A stretch of 64,000 nt of DNA, taken from Eledone cirrhosa. Taxonomy: Eukaryota. The notes under the pieces were generated by a model. The model was not told where the DNA came from, made no database searches, and saw only the letters and a program-made list of their open reading frames with translations. The translations under genes and the position numbers were made by a program. Position 1 is the first letter of the stretch. Each line of letters begins with the position of its first letter. Positions 13,851 to 25,859 of the stretch are shown here, piece after piece. The stretch lies in NCBI GenBank assembly GCA_964016885.1, contig OZ024743.1:2976001-3040000 (forward strand). Reading direction: 5' to 3'.

Positions 13851-14210
13851 CCTCTCTCTCTGGAAGAAATTAGCTATGTTCAGACCTGGCTCTGCCAGGT
13901 TTAAGATGCCCAAGACACACTGTATGTCACTACAGTACTCATGCAACTCAATCAGGAGTTACAGGTCCATACATATATAGGTACACATGCTTGAGGAATG
14001 TTCAATGAATTACATGTTAATTTCATGAGCAGGCTGTTTCATTGATTGAACAACTGGAACACTTGTCATTGTAACTGATGGAGCGCCATTCTAGTCAAGG
14101 GTAGGGGGTTTACAGAATTTTTAAAGTACCAGACATGATGTCTTGAAATATCTAGTCTGGTTGCACCCAGCCACCTCCTGGCAGAGGGAAACGAAGTCTT
14201 TTAATTCCAG

Positions 14211-14337
14211 TTAATGGTGATAACTCCTTCATTGTGGCAAGAACTAGAGTTTTTGAGTCATGGTTAATGGTGATAAGTCCTTCATAGTGGCAACAACTAG
14301 AGTCCTTGAGTCCTGGATAATGGTGATAAGTCCTTCA
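14211..14337. repeat. ~53-bp tandem repeat, ~2.4 copies
   Basis: AATGGTGATAA(C/G)TCCTTCA occurs three times. Confidence 0.75.
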
Positions 14338-14640
14338 ACATCAGATGGAATGGTATATCAATCAAAGTTACATCTTCATTATATCATCATCATCATCATC
14401 AATATGCAAAATCTGCAAGCCGTGCACTAGAAGTTGGATAAATGCTACGACAGAATGAAAAATTGCTACAATGAATAATGTATTTTTTCATATAGAGGCC
14501 CACTCATTAGTTATTGAAAAGAGTATTCAAAAGGTCAGAAGGACTTTCCAGTTGTGTCAAAGACCTGACAACCTTCCTAGTGTTGGTGCCACTGTTTTTC
14601 AGTGTATGTGATTTTTGTTTGTTTTAGCTGAGATGGAAGG

Positions 14641-15028
14641 TTAAGGCTTTTAGCATATTTCTAATGAAAAACACTACCTATAACTGGAAATAATCAACAA
14701 TTTGGAGGGATTTAGTAAAATAACTGTCTCATTATTAACCTCTTCAGTGCAATAGACTAGATAACTCGTCCTAACATGTATGCATTCCAGTGCCACGGAT
14801 GAGATAACTTCATTTTACTGAAAAAAACCCGGCACAGCAACTGTAGTTGTGTAAAATATACATGGCAGTCAACAGGTTAAGCTGGTATTTGTAACATAAT
14901 TTAGCAAAGGTTCTTACATAAAATTATGGTGGAATGTTATTTTAGATAAATATAAACACTTTAAAATAAACAGCTTAGTATTGTAGAACTATGGGTAGTT
15001 TTAGGTGGGTTAATATGAAAAGGGTTAA
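14641..15028 (+). mobile_element. TTAA-type MITE family B, interrupted by a nested insertion
   Basis: Ends TTAAGGCTTTTAG ... AAAAGGGTTAA; reverse-complement homolog at 15148-15404. Confidence 0.7.
14739..14876. mobile_element. 138-bp MITE inserted at TTAA (TSD at 14735-14738 and 14877-14880)
   Basis: Imperfect TIRs CCTCTTCAGTGC / GCAGTCAACAGG; the neighbouring uninterrupted homolog has a single TTAA at this site. Confidence 0.75.
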
Positions 15029-15147
15029 TCTTTTTAGGGTGTTGTTGTAGTGTTCTGGGGTTTTTATAGATGTAATTGGCTTTTTGGGCCACTTTACCTG
15101 ATCTTAGAATTGCCAAACAAATCTCTCCACAACTTCCAATGAATCAT

Positions 15148-15404
15148 CTTAATCCTTTTAATACCAAATCACCTGAAATTGTCCCTGGTTTTATGGCATA
15201 AAGCAGTATATTTTAAAGGGTTTATATTTATCCAAAAGTTATCCATTATAATTTTATGTAAAAACCTTTATGTTCTGAACACCAGCTTAATAAGAAGACC
15301 ATTAGTTATATTACTAAATCTCTCCAAATTCTTGATTATTTTTCAAAATTATTTGAAAATCATAGGCAATGTTTTTCATTAGAAATATGGTAAGGGAAGG
15401 ATTA
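15148..15404 (-). mobile_element. TTAA-type MITE family B, inverted copy
   Basis: TTAATCCTTT ... GAAGGATTAA ends; aligns by eye as the reverse complement of 14641-15028. Confidence 0.7.
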
Positions 15405-16500
15405 AAAAGAGAATAATACACTTTGGCATATTGTTTTAAGAGTTTAATTTTCAAAGAAATAAATAAGACAGGATGGTCTTCATTGGAATATCTGTCAAAC
15501 AATAATGTTGATTATTATACAGATTAATACGCAGTTTAGCAACATGAATAGTAACTATAGACAGCAAATACTCCCTCACAAATATTTGAATTATTTTTTA
15601 CTGTTCTTGCTAATTTTGTTCTCATTTGAACTCTGATATGAGGTGATATGTTAAAAATAACATAAGAAATTTTGGTTAAAGTATCTTCTGCCAAATGTAG
15701 ATTATGAGATTAACACACTGCCTGCTGTGCTACTGTATCTTGGTAAAAGTAACGAAACTAAATACATGGTTTATTAATGGCAATAGATAGAGATGATTGT
15801 TCCTCTTGATTAATCATAATTGGGCTGTTTTATATTCAGTACTTGCACTCAACATTCATGCTCATACTCACTCAACACTCATACTCATACTTGACATTCA
15901 CATTCACACACAACATTTACTCACATTCGACATGTCCTCAACATTCACACTCATACTCAACATTTATACTCACACTCACTCAACATTTATACTCACCCAA
16001 TCACTTCATTAAAATTAGACTTCTGACAACATTTGATTGAGAACAGGGATTTTTTAGACCAATAATCCCTGCATAAAATACTTGATTCCCCCCCCCCCCC
16101 ATGAACCTCTCCATAGAATCCTTCATCCCACTCCCATCAACCCTTCTGTGGACTCTTTCAACCCTGTCACTGGCCCCTTCATAATGGAATCTTTCACCCC
16201 CTTCCCTCCTCGTCAAACCCTCTTTTACCAGTCCTTATCAACCCCTTCACAGAATCCTTGATCCTCTCCTGACCCCCTTCATGGGATACTACTTCATTCT
16301 CCCCACATAAACCCCTCCTTAGAATTCCCGATTCTCTCACTCACTACTTCATGATGGAATCCTTGACCTCCCATGCAACTCATCAAACCCTAGGCAAGTA
16401 TAAAACTAAATAAACAGATTAATAGACAATAAAGATTCATTATATATAAATCAGAAACCTGTCTAAGCAGGTTATATTTTATTGTATTATTCTGCCAGTT

Positions 16501-16722
16501 GGAGGGCGGTGGTTTGGCAGTATCGGTAGAGCATCAGACACCATGCTTTGTACCATAGAGTTATGTCCCTTTAAGTTCCAAGTTCAAATCCCGCCAAAGC
16601 TAGCTTTACCTTTCATCCTTGCGAGGTTGATAAAATAAAGCACCAGCAATGCACTGGGGTCAATTTAATCGACATCACCCTCCTCCAAATTGCTGGCCTT
16701 GTGCCTAAAGTAGAAATAATTA
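16501..16722 (+). mobile_element. tRNA-derived SINE (family 1), full length
   Basis: TGGCAGTATCGGTAGAGC A-box, GTTCAAATCCCG B-box and the shared body. Confidence 0.8.
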
Positions 16723-17232
16723 TTTTGCCAGTTGTGACTGCTGTCAGAAAAGTAGCAGCCTGATGTAGGAAATGAACCTACATCATCACCAGTCTAACCC
16801 TAACCCTAACCACCAGACCAATGTTTGAAAATATTACTTGTTTGATATCTATACCAGTGCTAACATGGAACATTGAGCAGGTTATGGTTATGGGATGAAA
16901 TATTTTGGACAAACCCTCAACACAATATATCAGTATCACAAACACACAGACATGCAAATATATGCACATGCACACATACAGACACACACATGCAGACTCA
17001 CATGCATACACACTTGCACAGACACATGCATACATAGAATTTGATATGTGTAAACATATTTCTTTTAGCTATAAAATATTAGTCACAAGAATACATCAAG
17101 CCACTAGCTAGCATGGGAAAATGGGTGAAAAGCAGTCCCCAGAAAATATATAAATACTACACACACATACTCATAAACATATATATATGTGTGTATATAT
17201 ATATATGTGTGTGTGTATATATATATACACGT

Positions 17233-17521
17233 TCTATGTAAAGTTATGTTGGTGCCGCGCCATCCAGGCCGAAACAAATGAGATCGTGTAGGTGTCACGA
17301 CAAAAAAACACACAGTCCACGCTGTAATGTGGCCGTGTAGGCAACACGGTAAAAACCTCCCAGACCCACACTGTAAATGTGGTTGGTGTTAGGAAGGGCA
17401 TCCAACTGTAGAAAACCTGCCAGACAGTCCTATGCGAGCAAGACAATCACTCTTGCCTCAAGTGGGACTACCCCCGTCCAAACCCATGCAAGCGTGGAAC
17501 ACGGACGTTAAACGTTGATGA

Positions 17522-17526
<5 letters not shown>
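17233..17526 (+). mobile_element. SINE/LINE-tail repeat (family 3: GTTAGGAAGGGCATCC...GGACGTTAAACG(ATG)n)
   Basis: Very similar copy at 23665-23952; related copies at ~7530-7810, 10250-10520, 19030-19303 and 20220-20560. Confidence 0.8.
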
Positions 17527-17561
<35 letters not shown>

Positions 17562-17694
17562 AATACATGCAGAAATGTAAGCAGGGAAAAGTGGATGTAA
17601 AATGATGATGATGATGACGATGATATACAGATGTGTGTGTAGACATATAGCATGGAAAATGGACTTTAGATAGTGATGATATATATATATATAT

Positions 17695-17987
17695 GGAGGC
17701 ACATGGCTTAGTGGTTAGAGCATTGGCCTTGCAATTGAAAGGTTGTGAGTTCAATTCTAGGACCGGGTGATGTGTTGTTTCCTTGAGCAAGACACTTTAT
17801 TTCACATTGCTCCAGTTTACTCAGCTGTAGAAATGAGATGATAGGGACTGGGGTCCATATCATTCCACTGTAAATGAGGTTGGTGTTAGGAAGGGCATCC
17901 AGCTGTAGAAATCAAGCCAAAATCAGTTCCCGTCCCACTTTTGCAAGCAGGGAAAAAGCGGACGTAAAATGAAATGATGATGATGAT
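17695..17987 (+). mobile_element. tRNA-derived CORE-like SINE (family 2)
   Basis: tRNA-like head with A and B boxes, CCTTGAGCAAGACACTT core and (ATG)n tail; inverted relative to 9138-9491. Confidence 0.85.
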
Positions 17988-18267
17988 ATATATATTCACA
18001 CATACATATGCATGTGAACACACACATAGACACATTTGTGAGTCGTTACTCATTATGTGTCATCAGATTTTAAACACACTGGCCTTACCTCATAACAAAT
18101 ACTCTATCGACTCCAGGATAAATTAACAACTACCCAGAAGTGACTAACTACAAGGTACCTCTGTTTAGTGTTTACAGACAAAAATCAAGGTTAAACAAAC
18201 TTCATAAATCCTAAAGACCAGTAAAGCTAGTTGCTATAGTATTATATAGATATGACTTAGTATTAAG

Positions 18268-18810
18268 TTGTAGTGCTGGTGTTAGAATTAAATGTACCCA
18301 GTACACTCTGTAACATAGTAGTACTAGTGTTACGGTTAAAATGTACCCAGTACAGTTTGTAAAATGATAGTGGTGATGCAACAATAAAATGTTCCCAGTA
18401 CATCCTGTAAAGTGGTAGTGCTGATGCCACAATAAGATGTTCCCAGTACATCCTGTAAAGTGGTAGTGCTGATGACAAATAAAATACACCCAGCACATTT
18501 TTTAAAATTGTAGTGCTGGTGCCACAATGAAATGTATCCAGCCTTCTAGTTTTGGTGCCATGATAAAATGTACCCAGTACATGCTGTAAAATGGTAGCTC
18601 TGTCACCAGAATAAAATAATCAGAGTACACATTGTAAAGTGGTAGTGTTGGTATCATGATGAAATGCAGCTAGTCAACTCTGTAAAGTGGTTGGCAGTAG
18701 GAAAGGCATCCAGCCATAGAAACCGTGTCAAATATAGAACATGGCCATTTGACCTGTCAAACCTCAGAACATGACAACCCATCTAACCTATGCTAGATGA
18801 TGATGATGAG
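18268..18810 (+). repeat. ~48-bp tandem array amplified from the family-3 repeat, ending in a family-3 tail
   Basis: CCCAGTACA recurs at 18297, 18346, 18394, 18442 and beyond. Confidence 0.8.
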
Positions 18811-19925
18811 TATGATGATTATGGTGGTGGTGGTTAGGAAGAGTAGACAGGATATGATACTAATTCTATTTATAATAGGTCACTTTCTTTGAAAAAACAA
18901 AACAAACAGATATGGAGATGTTTACGATTATATCTGTGATCGTGACTTCTGGCGTCACGCAGTAATACAGGGTACCCGACCTCCCATGGGTACATGCTGA
19001 AGCATATAAACAATATGCCCCCCCCCCCCCACCGCAAGGTGGTCGTGGAGGTGCCACGGCAAAAAAGCACCCAGCCCACACTGTAAAGTGGACGTGTAGG
19101 CGCCACGAAAAAGCACCCAGCACTCACTGTAAATGAGGTTGGTGTTAGGAAGGGCATCCAGCTGTAGAAATCAAGCCAGATCAGTTCCTGTATGAGCAAG
19201 GCATGGTCAGCCGACCAGACACTGCCCACAACAGGACAACCCGTCTAACCCATGCTAGCGTGGAAGAACGGACGTAAAACGGTGATGATGATGATGATGA
19301 TGATTTGATCTATGAACATCAATATTGATTTCTTAACTAGTCATAGTGAACTAACCAACCAGCTGGCTGATTTTCTTTCTCATCTGTTTGTGGTATTCAG
19401 AGTTAATTAGAAAAGATGATTGTGTGATGTTCATGCTGTTATCAATGGTATATTAATGATGCTTAAACTAAGGAGGTTGCGTGTGTGTGTGAGAGAGAGA
19501 GAGTGAGAGAGCACACGTGTGTGTGAGAGAGAGAGAGAGAGAGCACATGTGTGTGTGTATGTATGTGTGTATGTTGGACCTCTGTTAGCTTCAAGGATCA
19601 CTGTTCCAGCTGTTTGACCAACTGAAGATCCTGCTCATGAAATTAACAGGTAAGTGACTGAGCAGTTTTCAGACATGGGAACCTTTAATGTATTTCTCAG
19701 GGAGATTCAGTATGATACAGTGTATGACAATCCCAACACTTATTTATTCAAATCTAATACTTATTAGTGAAGGAAACTGAAATTTGTTTTACTATTGTAT
19801 CTATTAAATATTCCACATATAATTGTAGTTTTAATTTTATTTTCCTTCTTTTTTTTGTTTGACTTGTTTAATTATTTTCATATTGTATTATTTATTTATT
19901 TATTGTTTTATTGTGTGTTTTGTAG

Positions 19926-20013
19926 GGTAACTCAGCCAAGATTACCTCGTAAGAAACAAACTTCCATTGCAGATGGTTCTTCATCTTCTGATGAAGATGG
20001 TGATATAACTATG
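19926..20013 (+). CDS. Penultimate coding exon of Gab/Dos-family protein (VTQPRLPRKKQTSIADGSSSSDEDGDITM)
   Basis: T-rich tract plus TGTAG acceptor and GTGAGT donor at 20014; phase 2 in and phase 0 out, compatible with both neighbouring exons. Confidence 0.82.
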
Positions 20014-20574
20014 GTGAGTGACACATACATACACACACATTTTTAGTGTTATATACACACACACACATACATACATATATTGTTAATGCTATGTACACAT
20101 ATATTATCATCATCCCACTGTCGCCTATGACATCATACTTATCCTTCTTACTTCTCGACCCCACCCCCACCCACCACATAGTTAAGAGAGAGCTTTTCAT
20201 CGAGATAATGACTAACAACTCTCTAGTGTTGCTGTCATGAGAAAATACACCCAGTACACTCTGTAAAATGGTTATTATTAGGAAGGGCACAGTGACCTCT
20301 CTTGTGCTGGTGTCATGAAAAATGCACTCAGTACGCTCTGTAAAGTGACTGGTGATAGGAAGGACATCCAGTGTTAAAGATATGACACCCACTCTAGTGC
20401 TGGTGTCATGTTAAAATACACCGGGTAGACTTTGTAGAATGTGGGAGCATATGTGAGAAGCACGCTACTGACTTGTCTGAGAGGTCGGTGTCTCTGATTA
20501 AGTATCGACTTGGTCTGTGATGACCCATCCAACACTTACTTGCATGAAAAGTGGGCAGTTTAATTGTATTGTAT

Positions 20575-22645
20575 ACACATCATCATCATCATATCCATTT
20601 TTCCATGCTTGCAGCATCTCTCCACTCGCTGTGTTTCTTTGTCATCTCCTCTGTGATTCTCAGCAGTTTGAGGTCAGCTCTCACCACCTCTACCCAGCTC
20701 TTTCTCAGTCTACACTACTGCTGCTTCCTTTCGCAGGCATTTCCAGGCTGTTCTTCATTCATCGATCATCGTTCATGTGCATCATATTTCTGTACCAATA
20801 CTGTCTTCTCTCCTGCACACCACCTCAGATTCCTCTTAAACTCAGTTTCTCCCTCAGTTCGTCCAAGCTTTGCTTTTCTCTCATATTTACATTGCACATC
20901 CAATGAAGCATGGCTGCTTCATTTCTCACCAGTCTATGCATATCTTCTGCAATCACTGACGATGTTTCACTACCATGCAGCATCGCACTTCGCACACAAG
21001 CATCATACAGCCTTCCTTTTGAACATAGGGAGAAACCTTTTGTGGTCAACAGTGGGAGTAACTCTCTAAACTTCTTTCATCTTATCCTAGCTATTATGCT
21101 CCTAGAGCATTCTCCTCTGCTGCTAATTAAGTCACCTAGATAGCAGAAGCTATCGACCACTTCTGTGGACCCTTCTAGTAACTAGAAGAGGTTTTTATCA
21201 CTGACGCTCATCCCCTCGATTACCCCTGTGCATTTTCCTTTCCTGCTTGTCTACTCGTTACCCTCTACATCTCTTGTGTACCCAAGATTTACATTGTGTA
21301 CATTGTATGGAGTTTATGCCTAGTCCCTTTCTACATATGGAGCAGGGCCACTTCCCTGAAAGGATCAGGATTTGATCTTCCTTCCTACTCACTAGCACTT
21401 TAGTTTTGGCTAAGTTTACTCTCAGGCCCTTTGATTCCAAATTCCGTTTTCGATACTCAGAACTCATTTTCTAGTTCTCTTATGGATTCTTCTATAAGGA
21501 CCAGATCATCTGCATAGAGATGTTCCCCTGGACAGCCAGTTTTAAACTCCTCTGTTATGGCCAGGAGAACTATGATGAACAGCAGTTAGCTAAGAACCGA
21601 ACCTTGATGAACTCCTACATGTACCTTGAATTCCTCACTAAACTCTTCCAATTTACTGACAGCTTCTCTGCACATGACTTGTACTGCACCTAATTTCTTT
21701 AAGGACCACCAGATAATGGATCAAAATACTCTGTCAAAGATCTTTTCTAGATCAACAAAAGCTAAATATAGTGGCTTATTCTTAGCGAGGAACTTCTCTT
21801 GTACTTGCCTCACTAAGAAGAGGGCACCAGTAGTATTTTTCCCAGGCATGATATCAAACAGCATCAGGTCTAATTTGACTCTTTCCCTAATTAGTTGTGC
21901 TATAACTCTTTTGGTCACTTTCATAATTTGGTCTATTAGTTTTCTACATATGGAGCAGGGCCACTTCCCTGAAAGGATCAAGGTCCTATCTTCCTTCCTA
22001 CTCACTAGCACTTTAGTTTTGGATAAGTTTACTCTCAGACCTTTTGATTCCAAATTCTGTTTCCATAGTTTTATTTCCTTTTAGTTGCTCCTTTCTAGAG
22101 CAATTTATGATTGTACTGCTACACCAGTCATTGGGTATGACACTATCCTGTATTACCTGATTGACTCTGCCGGTTACTAGTTTGGCTCCTACTTCTTCCG
22201 ATGGTTTTAGCATTTCAGCAAATATCCATTCTTTATCCTTCTTCATCTCTTTGATTGCTTCTTTGACCCTATAACTGTCAACTTCAACAGCTGGTCCTTC
22301 TGTTGGTAAGTTGTGTGTAGCCTCTTTTCCTTCTCTTCATTCTCTACATTCATCAATCTCACATAGTAACATTTCCAAGCCTCTTTCTTTTGGGCATCAG
22401 TGGTGCTCAGTGCACCAGCGTAATTTCTAACACACTTTTTCCCCAACAACATTTCGATTTACACTAACACACTGCCTTGCAATGCGAAATACTTCACATC
22501 TCTGGTCCTCACTTCTGAAGACATTGGCAAACTTTCTTTTTTCAGACCTCTCTCTAAGCTATGTATACCTGTCATCTAGCGTCTCTCTTAGCTACCTGGT
22601 GCCACTCTTTGCTATCCCCATTTTTCCAGTCTTTCCATGCCAGAG
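20575..22645 (-). mobile_element. Decayed RTE-clade LINE (RT plus PHD-like finger), with internal rearrangement
   Basis: Minus-strand ORFs KPLYLAFVDLEKIFDRV, GLRVNLAKTKVL, GKWPCSICRK...CTQCKSWVHKRC and KGRLYDACVRSAMLHGSET; (TGA)n tail at ~20580. Confidence 0.9.
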
Positions 22646-22689
22646 TTAATTAATAGAAATACAGTGTATGTGATAAGAAATATGGTTAA

Positions 22690-23570
22690 AGAAATCAGAA
22701 ACTATACATGGAAGCATGGCCTAGAATCAAAAGGCCTTAAAATTAACCTGTCTAAGACTTGAGTTCTAGGAAGGAAAATAGGGCACTGGTCCCATCTGGG
22801 AAATGGCCATGCTCAGTGTGTAGGAAAGGAGTAGGCAGAAACTCCATTTTATGTCCCAAATGCAAAGTATGGGTGCATAAAAGATGTAGTGGGATCACAG
22901 GTAAGCTAACTAAGAATATAGATTTTATATGTGGCTGGTGCTCTGGTGCAATAAGTAGCAGCAAGTGCCCACAATACTAGCTCATTCCATTGCACAGATG
23001 GTTCTATAGAAATAGTGGATACCTTCCGTTACCTGGGTGACAAAATCAGCAGTGGTGGAGGGTGCTCTGAAAGTACAGTAGCTAGAGTCAGAACGGGATG
23101 GAAAAAGTTCAGAGAGCTTATACCACTATTGGCCACTAAAGGTTTCTCTCTAAAAATGAAAGGCAGGCTGTATGATGCCTGCATACGAACAGCAATGTTA
23201 CATGGCAGTGACACTTGGGCATTGTGTGGAGAGGAACGAAGCTTGCTGGCTCTGTTGGATGTGTAATAGTAATATACGTGAACGGCAAAACATAAACGAA
23301 CTAAGTGAGAAATTAGGAATAAGAGGGATCAGATGTTGTTTACTCGAGAGAAGACTACGTTGGTATGGTCACGTGATGCGCATGAAAGACGACAGCTGTA
23401 TAAAAAAGTGCAGGGCGATAAAAATAGACGGTAGCCACGGAGTAGGCAGACCCAGAAAAACCAGGGACGACTTGATAAATTCCAACCTCACACACTTACA
23501 CCTCTCCAAGACAATGTCACTGGACTGAGATCTTTGGCGTTACACAGTAATACAGAAGACCCACCTCGCC
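22690..23570 (+). mobile_element. RTE-clade LINE 3' portion (same family, opposite orientation)
   Basis: GKWPCSVCRKGVGRNSILCPKCKVWVHKRC...FICGWC, FRYLGD, RLRWYGHVMR and GRPRKT motifs. Confidence 0.9.
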
Positions 23571-23664
23571 TAAGTACAAAGCGCAACCTACAGTCAGTAG
23601 GCACCTCTTAACAAAAATACACCCCCGTCCCACTACCCCCACCCCATCCACATCACCCCTTTCG

Positions 23665-23952
23665 ATGTAAAGTTATGTTGGTACCACAACATCCAGACCG
23701 AAATAAATGAGGTCGTGTAGGTGTCACGACAAAAAAACAAACAGTCCACGCTGTAATGTGGCCGTGTAGGTAACACGGTAAAAACCTCCCAGTCCACACT
23801 GTAAATGTGGTTGGTGTTAGGAAGGGCATCCAGCCGTAGAAAACCCACCAGACAGTCCTATACGAGCAAGACAACCAATCTTGCCTCAAGTGGAAAAATT
23901 CCCGTCCAAACCCATGCAAGCGTGGAAGATGGACGTTAAACGATGATGATGT
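23665..23952 (+). mobile_element. Family-3 SINE/LINE-tail repeat
   Basis: Near copy of 17233-17526. Confidence 0.8.
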
Positions 23953-24114
23953 TATCCGAATTAAAAGGAAAATAAATCTTGTTGAAAACAGTTAAATAAC
24001 CATCCATGACAAGGGAGACAACTCACGAGAGTCGTAATAATTTATATTGAAATAGTCAAAATGCTAAAGGGGATGTTGTATTGGTACCCCATACAGTAAT
24101 TAATAAACATTACT

Positions 24115-24160
<46 letters not shown>

Positions 24161-24729
24161 TGTGCATATATATCCATGTATTGTTGATGGACTTAAGAAA
24201 AAGTACTCAATACCGAAATAGAGTTTAAATATTAACTTAATGGCTAAGTAGTGAGTCTTGTTATTCTGGAGTTTCACATGTGCACTTGCAGGACCATCAG
24301 ACAAGACTAAATTTTCAATATATATACTTGTGTGTGTGTGTTGATTAAATGAGTAAATAGCTGCATGCCATTTGTATCACTATTATCAATTAATCTAAGA
24401 GTAGGTCAGATTAAGCACTCCACACTAATTGTAGTGTTTTGTAGAGGGCATGAGTCTTCATATTTTAGTATTCAATGGAGTATAGATACATGAAATTATA
24501 CGAAAATAGGATGTTAGATTTTCGTATTTTATTCCATTACATAATGCATATTTTTGGTTATATCCACTGGGCCTGGGCAATTATCCAAACCATGTCATAT
24601 GGACAAGCCTTCATCTGATCAAAAAGTATTAATGTTGGTAAAAGTATGAACTTGCAATTAGGCATATCATTACATATATAAGTATTCAGTTTCAAAATGT
24701 TTTTTTTTTCTGCTGTTGTTTTCTTGCAG

Positions 24730-24924
24730 AGTAAACATGGAATGCGACAGATACTACCAGCTCCAGGGAAACCTGACTGCGGAGAGTTAAAATATTTGGA
24801 CTTACGGCTGGACGACACTGCTGAAACACCAAGCGGACCTCCGCCTTCTTGTGAATATCGCGAGATTGACTTTGTAAAGACCAATGCTTTGAGAAATGTA
24901 AAAAATTCCAGGGTGCTGGAATAA
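24730..24924 (+). CDS. gab: Terminal coding exon of a Gab/Dos (GRB2-associated binder / Daughter of sevenless) family docking protein
   Basis: TTCTTGCAG acceptor in phase 0; encodes ...GELKYLDLRLDD...SCEYREIDFVKTNALRNVKNSRVLE*. This matches the Gab C-terminal pattern YLDL...Y-x-x-V/I-D-x-x-KT-x-AL (two SHP2/Corkscrew-binding tyrosines). Orthology needs BLAST confirmation; FRS2-like is a less likely alternative. Confidence 0.82.
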   Translation, partial: SKHGMRQILPAPGKPDCGELKYLDLRLDDTAETPSGPPPSCEYREIDFVKTNALRNVKNSRVLE

Positions 24925-25029
24925 TAATAATATTAATAATATTAATGGAATTTATATTAAAAAATAAGGGGAGGGGCAACAAGAAAAAGAAGGCAGAATC
25001 CATGTATGATTCTTCTACCGTCATATTCT

Positions 25030-25032
25030 TAA

Positions 25033-25091
<59 letters not shown>

Positions 25092-25096
25092 CACAC

Positions 25097-25132
<36 letters not shown>

Positions 25133-25320
25133 TAGATACATTATGTACAGTATATATACACTATATACATTATATATATATATACACTATATACATTATA
25201 TATATATATAATTTTTGTATGTGTATATTTGTATGTCTATATGCATGTATATATACAAATATGTGTGTATTTATGTATGTATATACATATGTGTGTGTGT
25301 GTATGTATATACACATACTT
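25030..25320. repeat. (AT)n/(GTAT)n microsatellite just 3' of the stop codon
   Basis: Direct inspection. Confidence 0.95.
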
Positions 25321-25859
25321 GAAATTACTTCATAGACAACAAATAAAATCTTTTTTATTATATAAACAAAAATCAACCCACCAAAAATTAAAAAAAAAAA
25401 TAAATGGAATGAATCAAATGAGAGGTAAGGAAGCTCAGAAGGAAACTGTTTTTTTGTATAATATTTTCAAAACATGTGATTGTTGAGGACTTGTGGAAGA
25501 CTGATGACCACCATAAGAAAAATATCCTTTTTTACACTTTCTTACATGTTATTGTTTTATTACTACTGTTCCCGCCACACCATCATCACCATGCCATCAT
25601 CATCATCACCACCACTACCACCACACCATCATCACCACCATGACCAGAAACAAGAAAAATGAATGACTTGACTTAGGAAGCATTGGGGGAAATTTGAAAT
25701 TTGAAAAGTGTGCATTCCAATGCAAATGCCTATAATAATAGTTGAGTACCTCTGGAGACAGAAAATGTGGACAGAGGTGTTTCTATCCAATCTTTTCCAT
25801 CTTCTTCAATGTTTTACCTGATTTTCTCAAATACTATTTATAGTGGTCAACTGTTATTA

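Noticed and set aside
16794-16811. (CTAACC)3 telomere-type repeat
   Set aside because: Only three units; expected by chance in microsatellite-rich DNA
17695-17775. tRNA-like sequences (also the heads of the other SINEs)
   Set aside because: A and B boxes are present, but they continue into SINE bodies and tails and I could not build a proper cloverleaf
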